Of a DNA stretch of 64,000 nt, positions 42,631 to 52,884 are shown one piece after another. Source of the DNA: a bacterium (GTDB lineage: Bacteria > Zixibacteria > MSB-5A5 > WJJR01); contig JAKAKI010000040.1 in the NCBI GenBank assembly GCA_021813505.1, forward strand, positions 56,559 to 120,558. Direction: 5' to 3'. A model generated the notes under the pieces. It was not told the origin of the DNA. It was given only the letters and a program-made list of their open reading frames with translations, and searched no databases. Position numbers and translations under genes: made by a program. Numbering within the stretch: the first letter of the stretch is position 1; each line of letters opens with the position of its first letter.

Positions 42631-44045
42631 GATGCCGGCCTTTCGCTGACCGATTTGGTGCGCACGCCCAGCCTGCCGGCGGTCAGATAGCCAAGCAGAT
42701 GGCGCGGCCCAAGCTGCACTTCACTGTTGACCGACCAAAGCAGGATCAGACCGACCAGTCCGATCAGAATATCCGCCGACCACATGGCCGTGAATGGGGT
42801 AATGAATTCGCGATCAGCCAATTCTTCACCCCCGATCAGAAATGCCCAGTAGACCAGGAACAATCCCAGCGAGACGCCGATTCCCACGCCGAAGCCGCCC
42901 CGTCGGGCCCGGACGCCGAGGGGACAACCGATCAATACAAAAACCACGCAGGCGGCGGGGATCGAGTACTTCTTGTAAATCTCGATCAAGTACTGGTTGA
43001 TCATCCGTTCCTGACTGTCGATTGCCGCTTCTTCGCGTTGAATCAGCGAGGTGACGCGATGCACACGGTCCAAGGCCCGCTGCTGAGCAGACAGCGAATC
43101 GGGCGCCGGTGTATAACTGGCGTCAGCCAATGGCAGCGACACTTCAGCCACAGCCGCAAGGGGTGGCGCAACAAGGATGGCCGAAACCATAGTGGAACAA
43201 ACGCGGTTGATTTCCGCGAGGTGCGGGCCGATCGATTTCTCCCACGTGGCAATATCCTCCCGCATGAGCGCGGAGGATTTTTCGCGGTCGGTGCGATAAT
43301 CCGAACTGGTGCGCGACCATTCGTCTTCGACACCCCCGAGATAAAACGTCTGCTCCTGGAACGCCGTACGCCGGTATTTCCGAGGATCGGCGGGATCAAT
43401 CTCATGAATCTCCCCATCCCGGAGTTTCATGATAAGTGTACGTCCGTCGGCGGAATAGTTCATGACGCCGGACTTGGCGACAACCGTGCGGGGACTTCTC
43501 TGCTCCTGCTGGTCGAAGATGGTGACATCAGCAATGGCGGAGGTCTTCTGATCGATGGTCTTGATCAGGATGTGGTAGCCGGGTATGCGATCCTCGATCA
43601 CGTTGGGTTTCAAATCGAGAGTAGGGCGCTTGCGGCGAATATCCGACATTAGTAAACGGGCCTGATGATTGGCGTCGGGGAGCACCTCGTTGTTGAATTC
43701 CACTAGCCCGGCACCGACAATGGCGGCGAGGAGAAGGACGGGTGCGATGATCCGGTACAGTGAAACGCCGGAAGCCTTCATCGCCAGCACTTCGGAGTCG
43801 GACGAGAGCCGTCCGAAGCCCATCAGAGTTCCCGACAGCACCGCCATTGGCACAGAAAGCGCGAGCATCCAGGCAAGATTCAGAACAAAGACCTGGATGA
43901 TGACGCCAGTGGCCAGACCTTTGGAGATCACCATCGAAACAACTTCGGGCACAAAGTCGACGACCAGCACCAGTGTGATGACGACGAGCGCAAACCAAAA
44001 CGGACCGTTGAGTTCGCGGAGAATGTAGCGATCAAACCGGCTCAC
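42627..44045 (-). CDS. lptF: LPS export ABC permease LptF (enlarged, 472 aa)
   Basis: 'MSRFDRYILRELNGPFWFALVVITLVLVV'. ATGA overlap with lptG. Contains an extra ~100-aa insertion in the periplasmic domain. Confidence 0.75.
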   Translation of the reverse strand: MSRFDRYILRELNGPFWFALVVITLVLVVDFVPEVVSMVISKGLATGVIIQVFVLNLAWMLALSVPMAVLSGTLMGFGRLSSDSEVLAMKASGVSLYRIIAPVLLLAAIVGAGLVEFNNEVLPDANHQARLLMSDIRRKRPTLDLKPNVIEDRIPGYHILIKTIDQKTSAIADVTIFDQQEQRSPRTVVAKSGVMNYSADGRTLIMKLRDGEIHEIDPADPRKYRRTAFQEQTFYLGGVEDEWSRTSSDYRTDREKSSALMREDIATWEKSIGPHLAEINRVCSTMVSAILVAPPLAAVAEVSLPLADASYTPAPDSLSAQQRALDRVHRVTSLIQREEAAIDSQERMINQYLIEIYKKYSIPAACVVFVLIGCPLGVRARRGGFGVGIGVSLGLFLVYWAFLIGGEELADREFITPFTAMWSADILIGLVGLILLWSVNSEVQLGPRHLLGYLTAGRLGVRTKSVSERPAS

Positions 44046-44261
44046 GAGCGGAATATAGACCCGACGGCAGGTACCCTCAACAACGCATCTTCAGCGAACC
44101 GCGAGCAATCACCAGAACGGTTCTTCGATCATGGGCCGGTTATGAAGCCAACGGGGTTGCCAAAGGCGTTTTCCCTTGACTTTGTCCCCCGCCGACGGAA
44201 CGTTAAGCAATTCCCGCGGTCGAAGCCGTTGGGGTGGAAAGGGATTGGGGGACGTTCCGGA

Positions 44262-45221
44262 ATGTCCATCCGGGAGTGGGAACCGGGTCAAAGGGTCGAG
44301 GCTTTCGTTGCGCTTCGGAAGTTGGAGCGGCGGGAGCATACCGGTGGCGAACGCCTGGCGCTGGAATTCGGCGATCAGAGCGGGCGGATAGAAGCGGTGA
44401 TGTGGGAGGGATTCGACTCAGTTCTGGATGAACTGACAATCGGGGGAGTGGTCAAGGTCCGAGGGATCGTCGGAAGTTACCGAGACCGCGCCCAGTTGAG
44501 GGTCGAGAAGATCCGTCCGGCCACGGCAGAAGAAGCCAGCCCTGCAGATTTCCTGCCCCATTCACCAGTGGACCCTGATGAACTGTCGCGTGGGCTTGCC
44601 GCCTGCCTGGGAAGCCTGTCGAATCCCGATCTGCGCCGTCTGATGGACCGGATGTTCACGACAGGCGATCTGCGCGAGCGGTATCTCGCGGCCCCGGCCG
44701 GAAAGCTGTGGCACCACAATACGGTCGGCGGGCTGGCTGAGCATTCTTTGAATGTTGTCCGGCTATGTGAGTTCGCCTGTCAGATGTACCCCGATTTGGA
44801 TCGGGACCTGCTTGTGTGCGGGGCAATACTCCACGATTTGGGAAAGGTCGACCAGTACGAGGCCAAGGCGATGTTCGATTATACCGACGCTGGACGGCTG
44901 ATCGGACACATCAACACCGGGGACCAGCGCGTGGCCTCCGCGATTGAGGCATTGCCGGAGTTCCCGGTCGAGATGGCAATGGTTCTCCGCCACCTGATCG
45001 TTTCCCATCAAGGGGAACTGGCCAAGGGATCGCCGGTGGTCCCTATGATGCCCGAGGCCTTTGTACTCAACTTTGCCGACGAGCTCGACTCGAAAATGGG
45101 CGCGCTGCGCCACGTAGGCGAAAAGACCGGAGATGCGCCATGGAGCGAATTTGTGAACTTAATCGGAAGATATGTGTACTTTGGTCATCGCCATGACCAC
45201 GTTGAAAAGGCTGAAACATAG
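44262..45221 (+). CDS. OB-fold plus HD-domain phosphohydrolase (YhaM-like 3'-5' exoribonuclease family)
   Basis: N-terminal OB fold. HD motif 'HSLNVVRLC...ILHDLGK'. Confidence 0.6.
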   Translation: MSIREWEPGQRVEAFVALRKLERREHTGGERLALEFGDQSGRIEAVMWEGFDSVLDELTIGGVVKVRGIVGSYRDRAQLRVEKIRPATAEEASPADFLPHSPVDPDELSRGLAACLGSLSNPDLRRLMDRMFTTGDLRERYLAAPAGKLWHHNTVGGLAEHSLNVVRLCEFACQMYPDLDRDLLVCGAILHDLGKVDQYEAKAMFDYTDAGRLIGHINTGDQRVASAIEALPEFPVEMAMVLRHLIVSHQGELAKGSPVVPMMPEAFVLNFADELDSKMGALRHVGEKTGDAPWSEFVNLIGRYVYFGHRHDHVEKAET

Positions 45222-45230
45222 GAAACCGAC

Positions 45231-46259
45231 ATGTCATTCTTCGATTTGATATCCAGTGATATAGGGATCGATCTCGGGACGGCCAACACCCTGGTTTTTG
45301 TCCGGGGGATCGGAATTGTTCTCAACGAGCCATCGGTCGTGGCCACCGAGGTCGGCACCGGCCGTGTGGTCGCGGTGGGGGCCGCCGCCAAGGAGATGCT
45401 GGGACGCACACCTGAGGACATCCGGGCGGTGCGCCCGCTCAAGGACGGCGTTATCGCCGACTTCGAGATTTCCGAAAAGCTGCTCTCGGATTTCATCCGC
45501 CGCGTGGTGCGCCATCGGTATCTGATGAAGCCCAAGATCGTGATCTCGGTCCCATCGGGAATCACCGAAGTGGAAAAGCGGGCGGTACGCGACTCGGCGG
45601 AAAACGCCGGCGCCCGTGAGGTCTACCTGATCCAGGAGCCGATGGCAGCCGCCATTGGGGTGGGACTTCCGGTTGATGCGGCATCGGGGATCATGGTCAT
45701 CGACATCGGCGGCGGGACATCGGAAATCGCGGTCATCGCCTTGTCGGGAATCGTCAACAACAAGTCCATTCGCATCGCCGGCGACGAGATGAACGAGGCC
45801 ATCGTTCTCTACCTGAAAAAGAACTACAATATCCTGATCGGTGAACTCACCGCCGAGGAAATCAAGATTCGCATTGGATCGGCGTTCTCGCTGGATCGCG
45901 AGGAATCCATGGAGATCAAGGGACGCGATCTCATCGCCGGCGTGCCCAAGACGATGAAGCTCTCCTCGGTCCAGGTCCGCGAGGCCCTAACCGAGCCGGT
46001 CGACGCGATTGTCGAAGCAGTGCGGCAATCGCTGGAACGCACACCACCTGAGTTGTCGAGCGATATTCTGGATCGCGGCATCGTACTCACCGGCGGCGGC
46101 GCATTGCTGCGCGGGCTGGACAAACGCCTGCGGCAGGAGACGAATTTGCCGGTGAATGTGGCCGATGATCCCTTGACCTGCGTCGTTCGCGGCACAGGGC
46201 GCGTGCTGGAAAACATGGCTCAGTACAGCAAGGTTCTGATCCGCAGCCGGCGGGATTAG
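45231..46259 (+). CDS. mreB: Rod shape-determining protein MreB
   Basis: 'IGIDLGTANTLVFV', 'VIDIGGGTSEIAVI'. Full-length actin-like ATPase. Confidence 0.95.
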   Translation: MSFFDLISSDIGIDLGTANTLVFVRGIGIVLNEPSVVATEVGTGRVVAVGAAAKEMLGRTPEDIRAVRPLKDGVIADFEISEKLLSDFIRRVVRHRYLMKPKIVISVPSGITEVEKRAVRDSAENAGAREVYLIQEPMAAAIGVGLPVDAASGIMVIDIGGGTSEIAVIALSGIVNNKSIRIAGDEMNEAIVLYLKKNYNILIGELTAEEIKIRIGSAFSLDREESMEIKGRDLIAGVPKTMKLSSVQVREALTEPVDAIVEAVRQSLERTPPELSSDILDRGIVLTGGGALLRGLDKRLRQETNLPVNVADDPLTCVVRGTGRVLENMAQYSKVLIRSRRD

Positions 46260-46309
46260 GCGCCTGCGGGTCTGCTGCGCCGCCCTTGACGGCCGGATGA
46301 CCGTCTGGA

Positions 46310-48499
46310 ATGAATCCACCGACTCCCGAGAGCATTATCCGGTTCATGACCGATGAGGCCGGCCGGCCTGTTCGCGCACGCGAACTCGCCCACCTGATGG
46401 GCGTGGCCGATCGGGACTACCCCGCCTTCCGCGATGCATTGAAACGGCTTCTTGATGAAGGCCGGATTGTCCGTCTGAAACGCGGCCGCCTGGCGCCCCC
46501 CGACCCATTGAACCTGGTCGTTGGAACGGTCGTCGTGCGGCGTGGCGGGCACATGTTCTGCCGGAGCGATGAGCGTGACGGTGTTCCGCCCGAAATCTTC
46601 CTGCGTCCACGGGAACGCATGACTGCGCTGGACGGAGACCGCGTGATGGTGCGGCTGCATCCAGATCGCGATGGACCGTCGCCCGAAGGGGAAGTCATTC
46701 GCGTCATCAGCCGTGGGAGCACACCGATACTCGGGGTGTTTCGCCGTGCCAAGCACTTTTGGTATGTCACCCCCGATCAGCCGCATCCCCTGCGGGAAAT
46801 CTACATTCCCACCAACGCGGCCAGAGGAGTGGAAGTCGGGCAGCAAGTGATGGTCGTGATCACTGATTGGGAGTTCCCCGATCAGACTCCCACTGGCAAG
46901 ATCATCCAGATTCTCGGGTTCCCGGATGAACCGGGTGTCGACATTCTGCGAATCATCGCGGAATACCAGTTGCCGCAGTCGTTCCCCAAGGACGTATTGG
47001 CGGAGGCGCGGCAATTTCCGGAGGAGATCGATCCGGCGGATTTGACCGCGCGCGAGGATTTTCGCGGCCTCGTTACATTCACGATCGACCCGGCCGATGC
47101 GAAAGACCACGACGATGCGGTATCGCTCGAGCCTCGTGATGGTGGTTGGCGGCTGGGCGTACACATCGCCGATGTGTCGCATTACGTTCGGGAAGAGTCT
47201 GCGCTAGATCGGGAAGCGTACGAGCGCGGTACCAGCGTCTATCTGGTCGACCGCGTGATTCCCATGTTGCCGCAACGACTTTCGAATGATCTTTGCAGCC
47301 TGCGTCCCAAACGCGACCGCCTGACATTCAGTTGTATGATCGACCTGACCGCCGACGGGGAACTTCTGAAGTACCGGTTCTGCCGCTCGATCATCCACTC
47401 GCGCGCCAAATTGAGCTACGACGAGGTGTCAGACTTCTTTTACAAGGGCGAGGCGTCGAAAGCCGTCAGGCCGCACGAAACTCTGTTGAGCGACATGCGC
47501 ACATTGTCACAGAATCTGCGCCGCCACCGGTTCAAGAACGGCAGTCTGGATCTGGATGTGCCGGAAGCGAAGGTGATTCTGGACGACGACGGCAATCCGG
47601 TGCGCATCGAAATCCGCCGCTCCGATGATTCCCATCAACTGGTCGAAGAGTTCATGCTGATTGCGAATCAGTGTGCGGCCCATCAGTTCCTGCGGCGCAA
47701 TCGTCCCTGCCTGTTTCGAGTTCATGCGCCGCCGGACCAGACGAAAATGGAAGAGTTCGCGAGTTTCGCCACCAGCCTTGGGTATCGATTTTCGGTCAAG
47801 GGCGGGGTCAATTCGCAGTTGCTGGCACGGCTGCTCGACCGATTGAAGGATGATCCCCGGCGGGAGATGATTCACCAGGTCTTGCTTCGGTCATTGATGA
47901 AGGCGGTCTACCAGCCGGAGAACGTGGGGCATTTCGGGCTGGCATTTCCCCATTACGCCCATTTCACCTCGCCGATACGGCGGTACCCTGATTTGTGGCT
48001 GCACCGGCACCTTGCTGGAATTCTTGATGGCACCTGGACGACCACTCAACAGAATCTCACCAGAGCGAACCTTCCTGCGGTGGGAAAGAAAACCTCGGAG
48101 CGCGAACGTGCTGCGGAGGAAGCGGAACGTGAATCGGTGCGGATCAAGCAGCTTGAGCTTTTGGAGACTAAGGTCGGTGACGAATTCGACGGGCAGGTCT
48201 CCGGATTTCTGGAGTTTGGCTTCTTCGTGTCGCTGGTGGGAATCGGCGCCGATGGACTCATTCGGTTCTCGAGCATTGATGATGATTACTACACTTGGGA
48301 ACGCGAAGCTTGGCGGGTTCGCGGACGGCGCACGGGACGGACGTTCAATCTCGGCGACAAAATTCGCGTGCGATTGATCAAGACCGACTCGGACCGGCAG
48401 GAAATCGACTTGGTCCTGGCAGAAACTGCTGACAGCGATGAACTCGCGGGCTCAGGTAGAAGACGGTCCGGACGGGGACGGCGGCGATTTAAAATGTGA
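46310..48499 (+). CDS. rnr: Ribonuclease R
   Basis: RNB catalytic domain ('DPADAKDHDDAVSLE'). Cold-shock/OB N-terminus. C-terminal S1 domain and Arg-rich tail. Confidence 0.9.
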   Translation: MNPPTPESIIRFMTDEAGRPVRARELAHLMGVADRDYPAFRDALKRLLDEGRIVRLKRGRLAPPDPLNLVVGTVVVRRGGHMFCRSDERDGVPPEIFLRPRERMTALDGDRVMVRLHPDRDGPSPEGEVIRVISRGSTPILGVFRRAKHFWYVTPDQPHPLREIYIPTNAARGVEVGQQVMVVITDWEFPDQTPTGKIIQILGFPDEPGVDILRIIAEYQLPQSFPKDVLAEARQFPEEIDPADLTAREDFRGLVTFTIDPADAKDHDDAVSLEPRDGGWRLGVHIADVSHYVREESALDREAYERGTSVYLVDRVIPMLPQRLSNDLCSLRPKRDRLTFSCMIDLTADGELLKYRFCRSIIHSRAKLSYDEVSDFFYKGEASKAVRPHETLLSDMRTLSQNLRRHRFKNGSLDLDVPEAKVILDDDGNPVRIEIRRSDDSHQLVEEFMLIANQCAAHQFLRRNRPCLFRVHAPPDQTKMEEFASFATSLGYRFSVKGGVNSQLLARLLDRLKDDPRREMIHQVLLRSLMKAVYQPENVGHFGLAFPHYAHFTSPIRRYPDLWLHRHLAGILDGTWTTTQQNLTRANLPAVGKKTSERERAAEEAERESVRIKQLELLETKVGDEFDGQVSGFLEFGFFVSLVGIGADGLIRFSSIDDDYYTWEREAWRVRGRRTGRTFNLGDKIRVRLIKTDSDRQEIDLVLAETADSDELAGSGRRRSGRGRRRFKM

Positions 48500-48506
48500 G
48501 CACCTG

Positions 48507-49679
48507 ATGCGTGAGTACTTCCTTCCATTTTCCGCCCCAACCATCGGCGATGACGAAATCGCCGAGGTGGTGGACACGCTTCAGAGCGGGTGGTTGACCA
48601 CCGGCCCAAAAGTGAAGCGGTTCGAGGAGCAGTTTGCCTCGTATGTGGGATGCCGCCACGCCGTCGCGGTGAACTCCTGCACGGCCGCGCTTCATCTGGC
48701 GTTGGAGGCAATCGGTGTGCGCGCGGGCGATGAGGTCATCACCTCACCGATGACTTTTGCCGCCACCGGAGAAGTGATTCATTACCTGGGTGCCAAGCCA
48801 GTCTTCGTGGATATCGATCCGGTCACGATGAATTTGGACGTCTCGCTCTTGGAAGGCGTTACCAAGCGTTGCTTACGTCCAAAGGCGATACTTCCGGTGC
48901 ATATGGCGGGGCTGGCATGCGAGATGGATGAGATTCTCGCCATCGCCAAAGCACACGAACTCAAAGTGATCGAAGATGCGGCGCATACGTTTCCAACGCT
49001 CTACAAAGGGCGAATGATCGGCACGATTGGTGACGTGACGTGCTTTTCGTTCTACTCGACCAAAACGATCACGACCGGCGAAGGCGGGATGGCTGTGACA
49101 GGGGATGAGGCCCTGGCCGAGCGTATGCGGGTCATGAGTCTGCACGGAATCAGCAAGAACGCCTGGACGCGATATACGGCTTCCGGAAGCTGGTTTTACG
49201 AAATCCTGGCACCGGGATTCAAATACAACCTGACCGATCTGGCGGCGTCATTGGGAATCGCCCAGATGAAGCGCGCCGATGAATTCCACCAAAAGCGCCA
49301 GGCCATCGCCCGTCGGTACTCGGCTGCGTTCAACGCGATCTCCGAGTTCATTGAGATTCCCGCCGAGGCATCGTCAGGGAGTATGCACTCCTGGCACCTT
49401 TACATCATCAAAGTGAATTCCGGCCGTTTGAGGATTGGCCGTGATCAGTTCATCGAGGAATTGAAGGAAGCGAAGATCGGAACGTCGGTGCACTTTATTC
49501 CATTGCACTTGCATCCGTACTATCGCGAAATGTACGCGTACAAGCCGGACGATTTCCCCAACGCGACGGCAACTTACCAGCGGTCGATCAGCCTCCCCAT
49601 CTACCCCAAGATGACCGAGGACGATGCTGATTCGGTTATCGAAGCAGTTTCTTCCATTTGCCGCAAGCACGCGAAGTAA
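48507..49679 (+). CDS. DegT/DnrJ/EryC1/StrS-family sugar aminotransferase (PglE/ArnB-like)
   Basis: Start at ATG 48507. 'FEEQFASYVGCRHAVAVNSCTAALHLAL'. PLP-lysine region 'FSFYSTKTITTGEGGM'. Confidence 0.85.
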   Translation: MREYFLPFSAPTIGDDEIAEVVDTLQSGWLTTGPKVKRFEEQFASYVGCRHAVAVNSCTAALHLALEAIGVRAGDEVITSPMTFAATGEVIHYLGAKPVFVDIDPVTMNLDVSLLEGVTKRCLRPKAILPVHMAGLACEMDEILAIAKAHELKVIEDAAHTFPTLYKGRMIGTIGDVTCFSFYSTKTITTGEGGMAVTGDEALAERMRVMSLHGISKNAWTRYTASGSWFYEILAPGFKYNLTDLAASLGIAQMKRADEFHQKRQAIARRYSAAFNAISEFIEIPAEASSGSMHSWHLYIIKVNSGRLRIGRDQFIEELKEAKIGTSVHFIPLHLHPYYREMYAYKPDDFPNATATYQRSISLPIYPKMTEDDADSVIEAVSSICRKHAK

Positions 49680-49680
49680 G

Positions 49681-50262
49681 ATGGGGAAGCGCATCTTCGA
49701 TTTGGTCTTCTCTGCACTGGGACTAATCATTCTGTCGCCGGTCATCCTCGTGGCCGCGATTGGCGTCAAGCTCTCCTCACCGGGTCCGGTCTTCTTCCGG
49801 CAGGAGAGAGTGGGACGGAATTTCAACGTCTTTCGGATTTGCAAATTCCGAACAATGAGAAGCAATGCCGTTTCCGATCCGCCGATCACCGTGTATGGTG
49901 ATCCACGTGTGACTCGATTCGGCCGCTTTCTCCGGCGAACAAAACTGGACGAAATACCCCAACTCTTCAATGTATTCAAAGGCGAAATGAGTTTCGTAGG
50001 GCCGCGTCCGGAAGTGCGATTCTACGTCGAGAAATTCCGCGCGGACTACGAGGAGATTCTCAAGGTCCGCCCCGGCATCACCGACGAAGCGAGCATCGAG
50101 TTCCGCCACGAGGGCGCGCTTCTCGCCGCCGCCTCCGATCCGCAGGATCTCTATCTGAGGCAAGTCCTGCCACGCAAAATTGAACTGGCCCACAGATATG
50201 TGCGCAACGGACGAATGTTCGATGACCTTTCGATCATCATCCGGACGCTGATGCACCTGTAG
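49681..50262 (+). CDS. Small monotopic phosphoglycosyl transferase (bacterial sugar transferase, PglC-like)
   Basis: 194 aa. 'RIFDLVFSALGLIILSPVILV...FFRQERVG...FRTM...DEIPQLFNVFKGEMSFVGPRP'. Confidence 0.8.
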   Translation: MGKRIFDLVFSALGLIILSPVILVAAIGVKLSSPGPVFFRQERVGRNFNVFRICKFRTMRSNAVSDPPITVYGDPRVTRFGRFLRRTKLDEIPQLFNVFKGEMSFVGPRPEVRFYVEKFRADYEEILKVRPGITDEASIEFRHEGALLAAASDPQDLYLRQVLPRKIELAHRYVRNGRMFDDLSIIIRTLMHL

Positions 50263-50307
50263 GGAAGAGTGCGGCGGATGACCACCGCACTCAGTCGGGG
50301 ATTCGGA

Positions 50308-50964
50308 TTATTGCTTCTTGACGGATTCGACGAGTTGCTGGAAATCGTCGAGCCCCTGGATCACCGTCTGCTCTGGTCCAGTGATCTTGAAGAAGACCGG
50401 TCCGTCCGGCGCTTCCACGATCGCACCCAACAGCCGGTAACCCATCTGCTGCTCGGGTTTGCCGGTCATCGGGCCACCCATTGCCGAGGACATGTAGATG
50501 CCGGTCAAATCGACTGTTGTCACCTTGAGGCTGCTGACCGTGTGGTTGCCAATCTTTGCCGCCTTGCGCGAGTCGGATCCATCCGGCTGGGCGAACTGGC
50601 TGATCCACCGTTCGACATTGGCGTCCACCGCGCCGCCTTGGCCGGGACCGAAATAGAAAACAGCACAATCGGCCTCTTTACCTTCGGGTCCGAAGGCATA
50701 CGACGCCACGCGCATCGGCTTCTCGGCGCCCGGCTTCCATGTGGCCGGAACCGCCCAACTGACCCCGGCTGCATTGGTGACCGCTCCGGATGGGGAACCA
50801 TGGGGATTGGCCATCTGCGGTGTCGTCCCCGGCGCTGTTTGCGAGGCCGTCTCGGCTTTCTTAACCTCGGCTTTTTCCACATTGGAATCACGGCACCCGA
50901 CAACGGCAATCGCAATCGTCAGAGTTGAGGCCGTCAGAATCTTGAAGATCATGTGTTGGTTCAT
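50308..50964 (-). CDS. Hypothetical lipoprotein
   Basis: Start at ATG 50964 with RBS 'ggaagggg'. Lipobox 'IAIAVVGCRDS'. No family recognised. Confidence 0.45.
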   Translation of the reverse strand: MNQHMIFKILTASTLTIAIAVVGCRDSNVEKAEVKKAETASQTAPGTTPQMANPHGSPSGAVTNAAGVSWAVPATWKPGAEKPMRVASYAFGPEGKEADCAVFYFGPGQGGAVDANVERWISQFAQPDGSDSRKAAKIGNHTVSSLKVTTVDLTGIYMSSAMGGPMTGKPEQQMGYRLLGAIVEAPDGPVFFKITGPEQTVIQGLDDFQQLVESVKKQ

Positions 50965-51041
50965 CAATCCTACCCCTTCCCAGCGAGTGTTAATGCGATG
51001 TCCTTGGACGCCGGCTACCAGATGCTTCGGCGGTGTCAAAG

Positions 51042-51115
51042 AGCGGGAGACGGGATTCGAACCCGCGACCAACAGCTTGGAAGGCTGTGACTCTAGCCAA
51101 CTGAGTTACTCCCGC
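51042..51115 (-). tRNA. tRNA-Gly (anticodon TCC). CCA not encoded
   Basis: Reverse complement gives GCGGGAG..ACAGC-CTTCCAA-GCTGT..GCGGGTTCGAATCCCGTCTCCCGC. Anticodon loop CTTCCAA. Confidence 0.85.
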
Positions 51116-51188
51116 GTCATCGCGCGGCAACGATTATACGTGGCGCCTCGTGATTGATCAATGCCAAATCGTTCCTGATTGGACGGCC

Positions 51189-52862
51189 CTATCTCCGGCG
51201 AATCAACGCCAACTTCACCAGTCCCTCCCGTACAGGTGTCCGCACCCATACAAGATATATGCCTGACGCCACCGGATGATTGGACTCATTCGTCGCCAGC
51301 CACAGAGAAGATTTCCCCCAAAACTCACCCGAGTAGACCGGGTCTCCAGCAGTGGTAAAGACATCGAAGTGCGACGGTGCATTCGTGGCTGCGTCCGGCG
51401 TACCAATCCACACCGAGTCGGAGGCGGGGTTGGGCCAGACTTCGATTCCGCTCGCTTCGTGACCTGAAGGCAGGGCGGCGAACGCATGGTCGGCCCGCAA
51501 CATTCCCCAGCCGACGTCGTTGTTTGGATGGCTTGCGTTTGTCGCCGTCGCCCGGAGAACATCAATCACCTGCGTCGGTGACAGACTTGGTTTCTCCTGC
51601 AACAATAGCGCACACACGCCGGCGACGAGCGGCGTAGCGAAGGACGTCCCGCTGCGGCCAAGGAACGCTCCGGGGCGCGTCAACGCAGTCCACACACCAA
51701 CTCCGGGAGCAACCACATCCGGCTTGATCCGATTATCCGCGGTCGGCCCGCGCGAGGAGAAATCGGCGACCGCTCCTTGGAGGTCGGACGCGCCGATTGT
51801 CAGAACGGAATCACCGTCGGCAGGTGCAACGAGTCCGTCAAAGCCCTCATTGCCGGCGGCGTTGACAACCAGCAGCCCCCGTGCTACTGCAAGTTCGGCA
51901 GCCTTGGTGGTCGTGGCCGTGTGGCCATCAAGGTCAGCACGCGTGTACCAGTTGTTATAGCCTAGGGAACTCGAGACGATGTCACACCCGAGAGAGTCGA
52001 TCCACCACAACCCGGCTACCCAGTAATCCTCCTCGATGCGCGTCTCAGTGCCCATAACTTCAGTCTTCGCCAGGGCGTATTCGGCACGAGGAGCGACACC
52101 GATTAGTTCGCCGGGGAGATAGCCGCCGCACACGGACAGGGTTGAGGTCCCGTGATCCATCTGCACCGAATCCTCATCGCCGACATCCGTGTCGCCGTTG
52201 ATGAAGTCCCGCGTGCCGATCACCTTAAGCGAATCGAAGACATTAAGATGGAGCGAATAACCTGTGTCGAGGAATCCGATCCTTATTCCCTGCCCGTCCA
52301 ATCCACGGTTGTGCAGAAGGTCGGCCTCGATTGCTTCGATCTGCGCCGCCGAGTTTCCGTAATCGAAGGTGGTGGGCTTTGTCAGTCCATACCCGGCGGG
52401 CGGCAGATAACTGGGCAGAGGTGTGTCGATCGCGCGGTGGTAAATCGCGACAGGCCGGATCGAGTCCACAAAGCCGTACGCGGCCAAGGCATCCATCCGA
52501 TCTGAAGGGACAATTCCCGAAACGGCGTTAAGCCAACGGCTTTCGGTTCGGATGGTGAGTCCAGCCGAAGTCAGTGCATCGAGATAGTCAATGAAGATCG
52601 GCTGATCCAGTGTCGGATTGTAAGCCGCGCCGCGACTGGCGATCCGGGACGCGGCGCGCTCAGATATCCATTCTTGTTCCACAAGGCCGGCTGTTGTGAC
52701 CGATGGGCCCTTGTCTTTGAGAAATACCCAGACAGGGGCTCCGGCTGAGGCGGCACTCTGCGCGCGCGGGGAGATGACCGCCGCGTTCGCCCCCGAAGAC
52801 AGTATCAATGTCACCGCTGCCCCCAATGACGCGAGCAACCGGAAGTGGCCAGGCCGAACCAT
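51189..52862 (-). CDS. Subtilisin-like serine peptidase (S8) with T9SS-type C-terminal sorting domain
   Basis: Start at internal ATG 52862 before the signal peptide. Catalytic D/H/S in 'IGFLDTGYS', 'MDHGTST', 'GTSFATPLVAGV'. C-terminus 'WPNPASDSVWI...DVFTTAGDPVY...ASGIYLVWVRT...VKLALIR' matches the T9SS CTD pattern. Confidence 0.8.
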   Translation of the reverse strand: MVRPGHFRLLASLGAAVTLILSSGANAAVISPRAQSAASAGAPVWVFLKDKGPSVTTAGLVEQEWISERAASRIASRGAAYNPTLDQPIFIDYLDALTSAGLTIRTESRWLNAVSGIVPSDRMDALAAYGFVDSIRPVAIYHRAIDTPLPSYLPPAGYGLTKPTTFDYGNSAAQIEAIEADLLHNRGLDGQGIRIGFLDTGYSLHLNVFDSLKVIGTRDFINGDTDVGDEDSVQMDHGTSTLSVCGGYLPGELIGVAPRAEYALAKTEVMGTETRIEEDYWVAGLWWIDSLGCDIVSSSLGYNNWYTRADLDGHTATTTKAAELAVARGLLVVNAAGNEGFDGLVAPADGDSVLTIGASDLQGAVADFSSRGPTADNRIKPDVVAPGVGVWTALTRPGAFLGRSGTSFATPLVAGVCALLLQEKPSLSPTQVIDVLRATATNASHPNNDVGWGMLRADHAFAALPSGHEASGIEVWPNPASDSVWIGTPDAATNAPSHFDVFTTAGDPVYSGEFWGKSSLWLATNESNHPVASGIYLVWVRTPVREGLVKLALIRRR

Positions 52863-52884
52863 CGCGAGATGCGGATATGCCGTT

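Noticed and set aside
44046-44261. 216-bp divergent intergenic region between lptF and the HD-domain gene as a possible ncRNA locus
   Set aside because: The plus-strand ORF's upstream portion (44142-44261) reads as plausible leader or alternative start. No hairpin or conserved-looking structure was noticed.
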